Positions 26,682 through 42,623 are shown, numbered from the stretch's first letter. The stretch: DNA of 64,000 nucleotides from Octopus vulgaris (GCA_951406725.2 OX597814.1:86056001-86120000), one strand, 5' to 3'. Numbers and translations: made by a program. Notes: a model not told the origin generated them from the sequence alone.

Positions 26682-27194
26682 TATATCTATATATACACAC
26701 ATATATATATATGCACATAAATGTACGTATATTACATAAAAGGAACATACAGTAAGCGTGTGATGGAGGTTAGGGATAAGTTAATGGGAGATAGGCTGGT
26801 TGGCCAGGAATGAAAGACAGAAAGAACGGAAAGGAAGATTATGAAACAGAAAAGAAACAAAGAAATTTGAGAAACAAAGACAAAGAGAAACAACAAGGGA
26901 GAGAGAGAAAGAGAGATAAAGAAAGGATAGAAGAATGTATGATCAAAGATAAAGAAAGATAAAATACGACAGCGCGAGAGAAAGAGAATTATAACAGATG
27001 GTAAGAGAGCAGGAATGTGAGAAAGTGCAAAGAGAAAGAGAGAGATCTTAAATAGGAAGACAGAGGGAATGTAAGAGGGTGAGCGAAGAGAAAGCCTGAG
27101 CAAAAGTGAGAGCATAGAAAAGTAAGCGAGAATGGAGTGAAAGAGAGAGAAAGACAGAAGAACGCGGGAGAGGGAGAGAGCGTGAGAGAGAGTG

Positions 27195-27575
27195 TAGAAT
27201 GTGCGGCCGATTTTGGTTGGACACAGCCAATGCCAGTAAAAAGTGGCAAGGGAGATTTCCAGAGGAAGTGAGTTCCTCCTCACGAAAATTTTATGACCGT
27301 TCAAGCTGAAATTATGCCAGTAGGCAATAAGGTAGCTTGAATACTAAGGGGACTGCTCGCTTCTTCAACAAACACAAGTGACCAGGAAGAACAACACAAA
27401 TAAATATATCAGAGCCAAGACGAAAGTGAAAGTACAAGCAGGAAGAACAGAACAAAAGGGGTAAAGGAAACAAATCGCTTCGCAAGATAGTAGTCAAAGG
27501 AACCTGTGTACACTGAAGAATGGAATACCAAAAATATCATCATCATATTACTCTAACAATCTACTTCAGCCAAAG
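27195..27575 (+). promoter_or_regulatory. Candidate promoter and first exon of a plus-strand gene
   Basis: Unique island after a purine-rich tract, with CCAAT at 27227, GGAAGT (ETS-like) at 27264, ATG at 27520 and a weak donor AAG|GTGTGG at 27575. Confidence 0.25.
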
Positions 27576-27783
27576 GTGTGGCAATCTTTATATATATATA
27601 TATATATATACATTCATATATATTTTTTTATCTTATTCGTATTCTATTTCTTTTGTTTTCATTTCATTTTGTTTTATTTTATATTACTGTTGGATTCATG
27701 TCCGTCCGTCTGTCTGTCTGTTTATATGATTACACATTTACCTCTTTATCTGCTATTCTCTGTTTTTCTGTCTCTTTCTCACT

Positions 27784-27851
<68 letters not shown>

Positions 27852-28045
27852 ATATCTATATATATACACACATACATATATATACACACACACATACATA
27901 TATATATATATAGTTATATTTATGTATGTATGCACATATACACACACACATTTATACGAATGACATATACACAAACACACTCACACGCATAAAACATATA
28001 CACATATATCGTGTACGCATACGCCTATGTGTGTGTCTGTATATG

Positions 28046-28202
<157 letters not shown>

Positions 28203-28219
28203 GGATGGATGGATGGATG

Positions 28220-28291
<72 letters not shown>

Positions 28292-28525
28292 TGGGCATAT
28301 AAAGATATAGTGTATACCTAGACGTGCGAATGAACACACATACACAGAAATGTTGACAAGGTCTGTGTCTGCTATACACAAATGTTCACGTGTAAAATTG
28401 AAAGCAGACGACAAGGAAATACGTATCTATCCACTATGCAAGGAATATTTCACCATATTGTGTAGAGTGTTGACAATCGCTAACGAAGTGACTGAAATAT
28501 CGCCCCTGCATTGATTTATGTGTGT

Positions 28526-28602
<77 letters not shown>

Positions 28603-28789
28603 TGTGAAGGGACAGTAAAGCGCACACAACCAAAATTGGGTTTAGTAACGGGTTTCACACTCCTTTCCAGTACCCAGTGTAGTACAACGTGTGATACCAA
28701 CCTTGGAATAGCATAGTGTGTAGAATACGATCCAAATAATGTGTGTGTGTGTGTGTGTGTATTCATATATATACATATGCATATATTTA

Positions 28790-29001
28790 TATGAGTGTGC
28801 CGATAAGTTCTTGACTTCAGGTAAAAAAAAGATACTGGAAAATCAGTTAATTATGTTTTTATTTAACATATTCCCCTCTCAGATTCAGACCCTTATTGCA
28901 GCGGTCCTTCTAAACCCTGTAAAAGAACTGCGGAAGTTAGGCTTCCAACCAAGTGTTTCGCGACGCCCTTAAAGCCAAGTACTTTTCAGCCCCCCCATGT
29001 A
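28790..29001. mobile_element. Mariner-derived MITE
   Basis: Diverged TIRs tatgagtgtgccgataagttcttgactt and aagccaagtacttttcagcccccccatgta, with TA at both ends. Confidence 0.75.
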
Positions 29002-29072
29002 ATTATGTATGTATATGTAGATGTGTATATATTTATTTATATTTATATATATGTGTGTGTGTGTGTGTACAG

Positions 29073-29190
<118 letters not shown>

Positions 29191-30026
29191 GTATATACAT
29201 ACATATATATATGTATGTATATACATACATATATATATGTATGTATGTACACACCTGCATTTATTCTCCATTATGAGCTTATATGTCTGTATACACATTT
29301 AGTATAGAGATATAAAATGACCATGTGCGCTGTTCTTGCTGATATTAATCCAGATCCTAAGCCTTAAGTCAGTCTTGATTGAGCGAATTTATTAGAATCT
29401 CATTCTAGCCATACCCAACCTGTCTTCTTTTTTCTTTCTTTCTTTTCTTTTTTTTTTTTTCAATCTCAGTAATCCTAGAACAACACTATCCAAAGCGTCC
29501 TCATAATTTTTATAAAACATACTACATGACACGAAAATAATTTTAACTGTCACTTCTAGCAGGTCGCGGAACAGCAAACTGGCTCAGTGGACGACATGTA
29601 TGTCACATGTTGAGATTGTTTAGCCTCGGTTACCTTTGATCCAGCAGAGCAAAGATCAAATGTATTCCAGCAATGACCATCCAGTATAGAGTTTTAGAGT
29701 TACGTTTTGCGCGTATCTTTACTTCTGGTTATGGGATAATTTGAAAGAAATTTAACTGTTATTTCTAAACAATCAAGCAACAACGTGAATGTCCCATCTT
29801 TCAATCAGTGGTTTTTCTAGATACTACATATGGAAAGGTTTGTCTTTATACGACGATATCTACATTTCGTATGCGTATTCCCAATAAAGAATAAACCGCT
29901 ATACATATCACATGCATACATAATGGTAACCATACATGCATATGCATAGTAACATGCATATATATGTGTATGTACAATTGCGAGTGTGTGTATGCATTAC
30001 GATATTATTATGTTATACTATATATA

Positions 30027-30165
30027 CTTAGCGGCTCGGCAAAAGTGACTGATAGAACAAATACCAGGCTTACAAAGAATAAGTTCTGGGATCGGCTTAT
30101 TCGACTAAAGATGGTGCTCCAGCATGGCCGTAGTCAAATGACTGAAACAAATGAAAGAATAAAGG
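30027..30165 (+). mobile_element. SINE family A, 3' part
   Basis: Contains cttagcggctcggcaaaag and ggtgctccagcatggccg...gactgaaac. Confidence 0.85.
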
Positions 30166-30213
30166 AATACTATTGTGTGTGTGTGTGTATGTGTGTGTGT
30201 GTGTGTGTGTGTG

Positions 30214-30265
<52 letters not shown>

Positions 30266-30274
30266 CAGATAGAC

Positions 30275-30347
<73 letters not shown>

Positions 30348-30348
<1 letters not shown>

Positions 30349-30474
30349 GCGCAGACGTGGCTGTGTGGTAAGAAGCTTTCTACTATAGCCTTGAGCCGCC
30401 GACCAAAGCCTTGTGAGTAGATTTGTGAGACGGAAACTGAAAGAAACCTGTGGTATATATATATATGTGTGTGT

Positions 30475-30542
<68 letters not shown>

Positions 30543-30730
30543 GTGTGTTTGTGTTTGTGCCCCCCACCACTATCGCTTGAAAAACGATATTTGTGTCTTT
30601 ACGTACCAGAACTTCACGGTTCAACAAAGCAGACTGATAGAATAAGTACCAGGCTTACAAAAAATAAGTCCTGGGATCGATTTGTTCAACTAAAACCGCA
30701 GTTAAATGAGTGACACAAAAGAATAAAAGA
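30348..30730 (+). mobile_element. SINE family A with expanded internal (TG)n and a deletion in the head
   Basis: Runs ggcgcagacgtggctgtgtggtaagaagc...ggaaactgaaagaa...(TG)n...gatagaataagtaccaggcttac. Confidence 0.85.
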
Positions 30731-30987
30731 ATATATGTGCGTGCGTGTGTGTGTGTGTGTGTGTGTGCGTGTGTGTGTGCGCGCGTGTGTGTGTATTCCA
30801 ACCTTAAGATAAGCAAAATATGTTTGTGAGATATTTCAACTTCTAAAGGCAAATTCAATATTGTTACCGTGGAGAAAAATTCTCTTTTATGCGAAAAGGT
30901 GTAAGCCTAAAGTTCGTTTCCTCCTCAACACTGTTTAGCGCTAATATGTGTGTGTATGTGTGTATGTGCATGTATGTGTATATATAT

Positions 30988-31035
<48 letters not shown>

Positions 31036-31037
31036 AC

Positions 31038-31075
<38 letters not shown>

Positions 31076-31254
31076 CATATATATATACATACATATATAC
31101 ACATATATAATATAGATAGATAATGCATTTATGTGAATATGCTTATGTGTATATGATTAAATCAGGATATGTGTGCAAACAGAAAAATTCCTAAATACAT
31201 GCATTTATACATACTATACAATTTTACAATTTTAATGTGTATATTGAATACGTG

Positions 31255-31328
<74 letters not shown>

Positions 31329-31513
31329 GAATGTTAGTAGCAGATGCACACAGATACTCATGTGTAAATTTATGTATGCGTGCATATTTGTGTGTGTTAG
31401 CGTGCGCACACTTACGTGTGTGTTTGTATGGGTGAGGGAGTGCATGTGTTTGTACAAACACGTATCGAATATGTGTCGTGTCTATTGCATATTGAAGTAT
31501 ACAACGATTATGT

Positions 31514-31563
31514 ACCAAAGCCTTGAAGTGGACTTGGTAGGCGGAAACTGAAAGAAGCCCGTC

Positions 31564-31601
<38 letters not shown>

Positions 31602-31654
31602 ATGTATGTATGTATGTATGTATGTATGTATGTGTGTGTGTGTGTGCGTGTGTG

Positions 31655-31694
<40 letters not shown>

Positions 31695-31894
31695 TGTGTT
31701 TGTGTTTGTGTTTGTCCACCCAATATCGTTTGACCACCGATGCTGGTGTGTTTACGTCCCCGTAACTTAGCAGTTTGGCAAAAGAGACCGATAGAATAAG
31801 TACTAGGCTTACAACGAATAAGTCCTGGTGTGGACTTGCTCGATTAAAGTGGTGCTCCAGCATGGCCGAAGTCAAATGACAGAAACAAATAAAA

Positions 31895-31897
<3 letters not shown>
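31514..31897 (+). mobile_element. SINE family A, head missing, compound internal microsatellite
   Basis: Runs accaaagccttg...gaaagaagcccgtcg(TA)n(TATG)n(TG)n...ggtgctccagcatggccg. Confidence 0.85.
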
Positions 31898-31956
<59 letters not shown>

Positions 31957-31967
31957 ATATAAATATA

Positions 31968-32003
<36 letters not shown>

Positions 32004-32033
32004 TGTATGTATGTATGTATGTATGTATGTATA

Positions 32034-32195
32034 GGCGCAGGCGAGGTTATGTGGTAAGAAGCTTGCTTCCCAACCACATGGTTCCCGGTTCAGTCCTACT
32101 GCGTGGAACCTGGGCGAGTGTCTTCAGCTATAGCCACGAGCGACCAAATTGTTGTGAGTGGATATGGTAGACGAAAACTGAAAGAAGCCCATCGT
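32034..32195 (+). mobile_element. SINE family A, 5' half
   Basis: Runs ggcgcaggcgaggttatgtggtaagaagc...ggttcagtcc...gaaagaagcccatcg. Confidence 0.85.
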
Positions 32196-32344
32196 ATATA
32201 TATATATACATGCACACGTATGCATATATATGTGCATATATGTATATACGTATGTGTGTGTAGACAGATAGGTAGATACATACATACATACATACATACA
32301 TACATGCATACATACATACATACATACATACATACATACATACA

Positions 32345-32375
<31 letters not shown>

Positions 32376-32809
32376 TAGATATTAACTACAAAGTGTGCAG
32401 ATATGTTCTGCATAAGCGCATGTAATACTGTCTCCGGAAACGCACGGTTGTTGGTGTTCTATGTTCAAGTGATCCCTTCATCAGCGCGTTGCAAAGGACA
32501 TCATACGTCTGTGTTGCTGTTTATATGCACTGCACGCTAGAGGAAGGTGAAGCAGGAAGACCGCGGAAACATCAAGATTACAAACGATATTTCGTCTTCT
32601 GTGAAAAGCATTTATGAGACTGTACCCAAAGTGTCGAAATACTACACTGAAAATAAATTCAAACAAAACGAACATTTCTGGTAACTGTGGGAATAAATTC
32701 CTCTAGATTATCGTGAAAACGTATATTTAGTGCAAAGCTCTTAGCAAGACGGCTGTATAAATGTTCTATGAATCAAATGTCTGCCAAACACATTGCGTCC
32801 GAAAATGGA

Positions 32810-32892
<83 letters not shown>

Positions 32893-33044
32893 TATACATA
32901 TATATATATACATACACTCATACATATATACGTATATACACATACATACATAAATATATATATATATATGTATATATGTATATATGTATATATATATGTA
33001 TGAGTGTGTATGTACGTATATATGTATGTATGTATATATGTATA

Positions 33045-33108
<64 letters not shown>

Positions 33109-33148
33109 CATATATACATACATATATATATATATATTTATATATATG

Positions 33149-33179
<31 letters not shown>

Positions 33180-33478
33180 GTATATAATATGTGAATATAG
33201 GTGCATATGTATATATGTGCGTATGCATATCTGTGTATATGCATGTACCGATGTATGTATGTATGTATGATTGTATGTATGTTACACCAGTTTACATGTC
33301 CGAATGGTAAGGGAGAGTACTCTCAGCACTCAACTACATAACTGCACTTCACTACTTCGTATTGAATTCTTTCTCGACTTATTTCTAAATTCAAAAGTAC
33401 ATCTATGTATATATGGCTGTGTAAGAATATACCACGAAGAAAATATATCCATTTACATAACATAATCACACACACACA

Positions 33479-33535
<57 letters not shown>

Positions 33536-33625
33536 CATATATATAATATAACAGATATATATATGTATATATGTATGTATACATATACATATAGATATGC
33601 ATGTATAAATATATATATACACATA

Positions 33626-33670
<45 letters not shown>

Positions 33671-33770
33671 CGCACATAAATGTATGTATGTTTGTATCTA
33701 TGTACAAACACACACAAATACACACATATTTATAGAGGTAGGCAGAAAGACAGACAGGCAATCAGACATG

Positions 33771-33930
33771 CAAGTGTGGGTGTGTGGTTAAGAGGCTTTC
33801 TTCAAACCACTTGGACTTCCTTTCAGTCAGACTGCATGACAAATTGGACAAGTGTTTTCTAGAAAATCCTCGTGCTGACCAATGCCTTTGAGTGGATACG
33901 GTAGACGGAAACTGAAAGAAGCCCAGCTCA
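33771..33930 (+). mobile_element. SINE family A, 5' half, diverged
   Basis: Contains gtgtgtggttaag and ggtagacggaaactgaaagaagccc. Confidence 0.75.
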
Positions 33931-34034
33931 TATAGATATATATCAATATATATATATACATATATATATATATGCGTGTGTGTGTGCATATGATACTGTG
34001 TGTGTGTTTGAGCGCGTGCACGTGCCTGTGCGTA

Positions 34035-34067
<33 letters not shown>

Positions 34068-34073
34068 GTAGAC

Positions 34074-34121
<48 letters not shown>

Positions 34122-34180
34122 CATAAATACATACATACATACATGCTCATACAGATATGTATAAATATATATATAAACAT

Positions 34181-34262
<82 letters not shown>

Positions 34263-34624
34263 GGATAGATATAGATACAGATATAGATATAAAAATGTGT
34301 GTGTGTGTGTAATCTGGGTAATATGTTTATAGTGAGCTTTCCAAAGCTTCTCTCCGAGTATCTGCTACCAAATGAGAAGATAGAGCAGGACTTCCAGTAG
34401 CACTGGATACACATGTAAAATATGTGAGTATAAACAAATATATTTTAATACGAGAAGATGGAATGAACAGGCTTTATTACTAATCATAGCAACTTTTTCA
34501 ATGGATCATTATCAGCTATTTGCTGAATGTTACATGAATTAAATGCAATATTAATTGTATTAATATGATTCAACGATTGCTGCATACATGCGTATCTTGG
34601 GCGCCCATCGTCAAAGCACTGCTT

Positions 34625-34673
<49 letters not shown>

Positions 34674-34804
34674 CATACATACTTACACACACACATATAC
34701 ATACGTGTATATATGTAGATATGTATGTGTGTGTACTACATTTATAAATATTCGCTTCATTAGACATCATTTGCAAAAATATATCTGTATATATATGTAT
34801 GTGC

Positions 34805-34841
<37 letters not shown>

Positions 34842-35552
34842 TGTATGTATGTAAGTATGCATGCATGCATGTACGTATGTATTTAGGATTATTTGCATGT
34901 ATATATGTTTCTACGTATACGAACAATGATAGATGCCATTGTGTATAGTGGTACGTGTGCTATTCTATTTCCCTTCAGGCTCTGTATTCAATTTTTTGAA
35001 TATTAATTAAGTGATTTTATCAATCTGAGGTTACCATATCAGGTGTCTTATATTATAATGATGTTATCCCACTCTGGGCAATATGTTAGCTGAGTTACAT
35101 TATACGTTATCCTACTCCAGGCCATATGTATGATGCGTTGTGACATAACTTAACATCTCCCCGCAGTGGAATAACATCATGTGATATGACTTACCAAATA
35201 CTCCACTTCCTTAATCACATGCATTCCCATCTACACATATACACACATACATACACACACATACATACACACACATACATACACACACATACATACACAC
35301 ACATACATACACACACATACATATACACATTCATACACACATATAAATTTATGTATATAATATATATATAAGGTATACACTTATGTAATATATATAATAT
35401 ATATATATATAGAGAGAGAGAGAGACTGAGAGAGAGACAGAAACAGAGACAGACAGACAGACAGACACTGACAGACAGATACAGACAGACAGAAACAGAC
35501 AGACATAGACAAACACAGGCAGACAAAGAGATAAATAGACAGACAGACAGAC

Positions 35553-35662
<110 letters not shown>

Positions 35663-37064
35663 ATAGATGCTAATGCTCGTTTGTTAAATATTTACATTGC
35701 AACTTGATCTTTCGACAACACAAAGCTCATCAGTTAATATGATTTAAGTTTTTGTCACACCACTATTATATATTATATAATTTCTACATAAACGTATTCG
35801 TGTATTTCGCTCTCAAAGAGAAATGATCTCATCTTAACTGAGATTATTATTTTGATTTGTAGTAGTCAAATAGTTCAGACAATAAGACAGCAACAGGGGG
35901 AGAAGAGGTGACAAAAGTCCGTAGGGTGATATTGGCAGCAGAGAGACAGGATGGGTAAAAATATAACAAGTGTTATTCTTCTTATCTGTTTCGTTGCTAC
36001 TAATGTTATTATTCGTCTCGACCTAAACTTATCAAAATCTTCTTTCTGGTCTTCAGACGCATTCTGGTAAAAATATTAAAAATTACACAATTTTGTGGAA
36101 ATATATAAACTTACGCATTAGAATAAAAAGAAGAAATTTATGAAAAATAGATTACGCTCAGGTTCCGGTGATACAATATATTCTGCTAGCATATTAACGA
36201 GAGATCTTAAAGCTCAGCTGAGAGAATCTGATGAACTATGTGCTGGCGAAACGTTATCCGGCTGATTAATACGTTTTCTCAAGTTTAAAATGTGACAGCG
36301 TTTTTGTTATCTACATTCCAGCAACAATACTTTGTAATTTTGTTATAATCCAGCTCCTTCCTTAGAAAGAGAAGAATACATACATACATACGTATATACA
36401 TACATACATACATACATACATACATACATACATACATAAATACATGCATGCATGCATGCATGCATACATACATGCATGCATACATACATACATGCATGCA
36501 TACATACATACATACATACATACATACATACGTACGTACGTACGTACATACATACATACATACATACATACATACATACATACATACATACATACATACA
36601 TACATACATACATACATGCATGCATACAATGGTCATTTTAGTTATTTAAAATCGCATAAAACCAGTTATATTTCATACTTCATATTTCTTAATAATGCAT
36701 TTTATTACTATTAAGAAGTGTATAGGTTTAAGTATGTATAAGTATCTAGAATGAATGAATGCATTGTAAAAAAGACAAACAAGAAATATAAATCAAGGAA
36801 TACATATACACATAGATTAGACATACACATAGGTACAAACATATATGTATACATATATACACACACATTTATATATGAAAATTTACATATACATATGTGT
36901 ATACATCCATATACACATATTTGCACACAAACACACGCATATATACGCATACACGCACATACGCATACATATCTGTGTGTGCGCGCACGTGCGCACTGGT
37001 GTGGTGTTTGAAATTTCATATACCACAACATACATATGTATACGCGTGTGAATCTATCAATCAA

Positions 37065-37131
<67 letters not shown>

Positions 37132-37226
37132 TTGTTGCTTATTTTGATTTTAATCACCTCACTTTGAAATTGTATGGATAATACCGTACTAAATTCTGGT
37201 GCCTCATCTTAAGTACCCTATTCATC

Positions 37227-37295
<69 letters not shown>

Positions 37296-37308
37296 GTATA
37301 TACATATA

Positions 37309-37343
<35 letters not shown>

Positions 37344-38306
37344 CTTATTGATGTTCTATGTAATATCAAATATATTAGTTGTGTGTTATCGTATCTATCT
37401 CGTAGCACAATTAACAATTAATATATCTAATTTATTCGTAGTCAATGTTTATATTACCATGGAATTTATCCTAGAACATGCTTGACTTCATTTCTTTTTA
37501 ATATATATACATACACACATGCATGTGTTAGTATATATAAATATATATATATATCCACATACATACATATATATACATGCATATATATATATATATATAT
37601 ATCCATATATATATATATATATCATACATATATATACATGCATATCAATCAACAATTAACTACAATAAATTTGTAGCAAGAAAATTAGCACCAGGAAAGA
37701 ACTGTTTTCTTAACTTGAGTGTAAGAACAAAAATGAGAATAGGAAAGGGTGAAGCAGCCAAGTGGATGGAACTACTATATGATTACAAATAGTTGAAGGG
37801 TTACCCGATTATTAACTTTACCACTTACTGTTATGACCAAAGCCATAAGATTTTCACTCTACGCATATAAACACACGCATAAGCACTGATATGTTAACAT
37901 ACAACATATGTAGCTACAGACATTTCTATAATATTAAAACTATTATAGTTGCAACCAGCTGGTTATTCAAATTTTGGTGGGGTGGTAGAGTTGATTAAAT
38001 AGTTTTTGGTGTTGATGATGGTGATGATAGTGGTTGTGAGGGTATTTTTGATGGTGACGGGGATCATAATCATTATGCTTGCTGTTTAGACTTAAGTCAG
38101 TCCTCATTAACCTGTGATCGTTTCATTCCACACTCGAAATACATTAGAGTAGCACATTATCGCATGAGATTGTTTCGTTTTATTTTAGAGTTATTTATTT
38201 TGTTCTAACTATTGTTGTTGTTGTTAATGCTCATTAAGGGGTTGATGGGTTGGTAATGGTAGTGTTTGTATTGATTTTGGTGTTGTTGCTCACTGTGTTG
38301 GCGTTA

Positions 38307-38395
<89 letters not shown>

Positions 38396-38619
38396 CAGAT
38401 AGACAGACAGACAGATGCACATTGTGACCCAAGAAACTAAAGACAAACATTTACAAATATCAACAGTGAAAAATCCATCCTAGCGTTCAGTATATGCTTA
38501 AAATTGACGTATACACAAGTACCTACATACTCAAACATATATGATTTCTATTTCTATATATAAACACACACTATCTCGTTATGTTGGACCGTTGAACTCA
38601 GCACATTTTTTCTTTTTGC

Positions 38620-38892
<273 letters not shown>

Positions 38893-39246
38893 GTGTATAC
38901 TATGATTATAGTTTTTCAAATTATTAACTACATTGATGTTAGCTAAAGTCCCGAAAAGTGACCCTTTTTCCTAAGAAGAGAGTATTGTCGTTAAATTCTT
39001 AAAATTTGTGCCAGTTACCGTAAGAACAAAATTACATTCCTTACTCCGAAATCAATGGTGACACTTTTTAATTTCCGTAAGCACGAAAACCCTTAACCTG
39101 AGGTAGGTGCCTATACCTATATAAATATCTATATATGTACATGAGTGTGAATATACATGTCTGTGTGTGAGAAAGAGAGAGACGGGAAAGAGAACGGGAA
39201 AACGAGTGTGTGTATTCATGAACACCTACTCTCACACACAAACATA

Positions 39247-39523
39247 TATCACGTCACGTGATCACGTGACTGACCAAGCTATCATACGCTGTTACACATC
39301 GCTGGTCACAATGCGCTTTTTACATCGTTTTAGCCTTCAAATGACGACACCCCGCTGGCTAGGCGACCAGGCCAACAATCCCCCCTGGTCGAAGGGGGAC
39401 TGGAGCAATGTGAAATGAAGTGCTTTGCTCAAGAACACAACGCACCGCCCAGTCGGGCGATCGAACCCATGATCTAGCTATCATGAGTACAACAACCTAA
39501 CCACTAGGCCACGCGCCTTGACA
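39247..39523 (-). mobile_element. tRNA-derived SINE family C, body variant 1
   Basis: Minus-strand head ggcgcgtggcctagtggttagg (A box), gggttcgatcgcc (B box), ttgtgttcttgagcaaagcactt. The 3' part recurs at 41741-41850. Confidence 0.85.
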
Positions 39524-40042
39524 CATACATATATATATAAAGCAAAGACTGAATATCCAAGTATAAATATATAGATATTTATATATTAACAGAGCAATTA
39601 GTTGCTGCATATTCTGGTTACCTATATTTGCCAACATTATGAAGGATCCCTCTCCAAGCCCCCAGAAAAAGTTATGGGGCTCGTAACATCATACCTTTTC
39701 CCTCTTTACTTTTTTGTGTCTATTGTACTCTGTGTAAGTTTAATATATAAATATCTACATACTTATACTTATTTTCTTGAATAGTCATCGTCTGAAAATG
39801 TTCAGTCTTTGCTTTCTCTCAGTTTACATGTATACATGTTTTGCATATCAAACCCAAGGAGTTTTATTTGTTGAGTCACATAATTTTCTCCATATCTGCT
39901 CACCTGGATTCCTCTTATAGCCACTCTTTACTCCGCGGAATTGGGTCCCCGGTAAAGAAATCGGAGTGTAACTTCAAATCATTTCAGCGCGTCTTAAGTG
40001 TTTTCTATATTGAGAATCTCTGGGAGAGAGAGGGAGAGAGGT

Positions 40043-40089
<47 letters not shown>

Positions 40090-40534
40090 AGAGAAAGAGA
40101 TAGATACAAAGAGCTTTCAAACAGTTTCTTTCAACTTGATTCACTCACATGGTGTATTAGTCGGCCTAAACTATTAGAGAAGACACTTGCCCAAGTGGCT
40201 GCGAAACTATTAGCGTTACCAATAGCAGTTTCTATTGTTGCGTAAGTTTGTTGGTTTTCATAACATTGTTCCATCATGTTTAAAGAGTTCAATCTCTTAA
40301 AGATTTCGATTTTGTCTTCGATTGCGTTCCATAGTCCTGTTGCTGAAAGTGTAACATTTGTGCTTTGTCTCATTACGTTAAATATTGCGATTATCTTTTT
40401 CGGTTTCTTTCCATAGTTAAGAAGTTTCTTGACAAGCAGAACAAAGATGTTGATCATTCTACATAGTTACATCTTCGTCTTGTTCTTGGAAGGTATTTTT
40501 GCGAACATATAAACTCTTAGCTGTACTCTTTGAA

Positions 40535-40608
<74 letters not shown>

Positions 40609-40650
40609 TGTGTGTGTGCGTGTGTGTGTGTGTATATTTTATAATAATAA

Positions 40651-40902
40651 TAAATGCGCCCTTTTAAAGCCTAGCCAGTCTCATGGGCCCGGTTTCCCGG
40701 TTTCAATGGCGTATGTGTTCCCCAGTTGGACGGGACGCCAGTCCATCGCAGCGTTACTCATTTTTGCCAGCTGAGTGGACTGGAGCAACGTCAAATTAAG
40801 TGTTTTGCTCAAGAACACAACGCGTCGCCCGGTCCAGGAATCGAAGCCACAACCTTACGATCTTGATGCTGTCACCCTAACCACTAGGCCACGCGCCTCC
40901 AC
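40651..40902 (-). mobile_element. tRNA-derived SINE family C, body variant 2 with Meta/V-like domain and (TTA)n tail
   Basis: Minus strand reads ggaggcgcgtggcctagtggttaggg...ttcgattcc...gctgcgatggactggcgtcccgtcca...gaaaccggg. Confidence 0.85.
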
Positions 40903-41463
40903 TGCATGTTTTATACAGTTAGAAATATTCCTTTTACTGCCAGCAGATTCACAGCGTTAACCGATTGGCCAGTGTTATACTTTACAGTGATTTTGGTGGT
41001 GTTGTTTAGCGACAGGTCGGCGCTGTAGGGACAGACCAAAATATCACAATGTTTCAGTCTTTAGTTACTTGATCATCAAAACTAGTATAATTTTATTTTG
41101 GCTACATATATCCTCTCAAATACTTTTAGAGATTTAAAAGTATTTGAGATTTGTGTGGTCTTTCTTGTAGATGACGGTGGGAGGAGTGGATAAGTACTTT
41201 TCTCGTTTTTCAAGATGTAAATTATGCGCACGCACGCGCGCGTATGTGTGTGTGAATTTTGTGTCGATCACTCACTGAGGTCAGTTCCATTCATCCAAGG
41301 CAAGAGTGCTAGCTCAGTTTCATTAACCTAGCATAAACCTCTCAAAACGTAAGCGAGTGTGTGAGAAATTGCCTTAGCGGGCCGCAATCAAATGACTGAA
41401 ACAAATTGCAGATAAAAAATATATAATATAAATATGTATATATATATATTTATACATATGTAC

Positions 41464-41519
<56 letters not shown>

Positions 41520-41664
41520 TATATTGAGGGTACTACTATTCGTAGATACCACACACTAAGGGGGACCAATGCGGTCAAAACTACTAAAATAAACAAAATT
41601 TTACCGAATGCAAAACTTCAAAGCAAATCATTTAAAAAAAGAATTTAGTTACATATCACCTGTG

Positions 41665-41746
<82 letters not shown>

Positions 41747-41859
41747 ACCGACCAGTCCATCAGATGTAGTTACACATCGCTGGTCACAATGCGTTCGCAT
41801 TGTTTTAGCCGTCGAATGACGCCACCCCGCTGGCTAAGCGAGCAGGCCAATATATATAT

Positions 41860-42055
41860 ATACAGTATATATATATATGCATGCATACACACACAACGGG
41901 TTTCCACGCAGTTTCCACTAACCAAATTCAGCCACAAAACACTGGTCGACCCGGTGTTACAGTAGAGGACACTCCGCAAGTTGCTGTCCAATTTAACCAG
42001 AACCTGGGACCATGTGGTTCTTAAACGAACTTCTTAACCCACCCAGCCAAACCTG
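41860..42055 (-). mobile_element. SINE family A, 5' half, diverged
   Basis: Contains cagtttccactaaccaaattca, gtagaggacact and accatgtggtt. Confidence 0.7.
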
Positions 42056-42589
42056 TCAGTGCATGAACTTTTAGAGAACGAATGTCACACTCGCAACATT
42101 CAGTAATCATTTATTGTTGCGTCTGTCATTTTACGTAAGGTTAAAATTTCTAAATTACACTCAAACTTCACAAATGCGTTTATTTGTTGTTGTGGCCTTG
42201 ATCGTCCTCCTTGTTGCCGCCGATGTCGTCCTCGTCCTTGTTATGTCGTTGTTAAGTAATGTTATGTGTATTATGTTGTTTTTTATATCTCATTCATGAC
42301 AGAATTTTTATAATTTTAGGTATTTTGTACAATCTAAACTAAAAAAAAAAATATTAAATACATCTTTATTTTTAAAACATACAGCTATATCATATACCAT
42401 ACAACATAAATACTTAATTTTCTATTAAGTATTTATATCATATTGTATATTATATAACTGTATTTGTGTATATGTTTTAAATACATGCTGCTGAACACTG
42501 AGTTATTTCTCATTATGTGTGTGTGCGTGTGTGTGTGTGTGTTATATATCTGTGTGTATGTATACGTATATAACACACATACAAGTATA

Positions 42590-42622
<33 letters not shown>

Positions 42623-42623
42623 T

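Noticed and set aside
32541-32679. Possible plus-strand coding exon (RKVKQEDRGNIKITNDISSSVKSIYETVPK...)
   Set aside because: Weak polypyrimidine tract and donor, and no recognised homology.
40131-40457. 108-aa non-repetitive ORF (MINIFVLLVKK...)
   Set aside because: No recognisable domain or splice signals, and its end runs into a SINE fragment. Possibly a retroelement relic; it needs a BLAST search.
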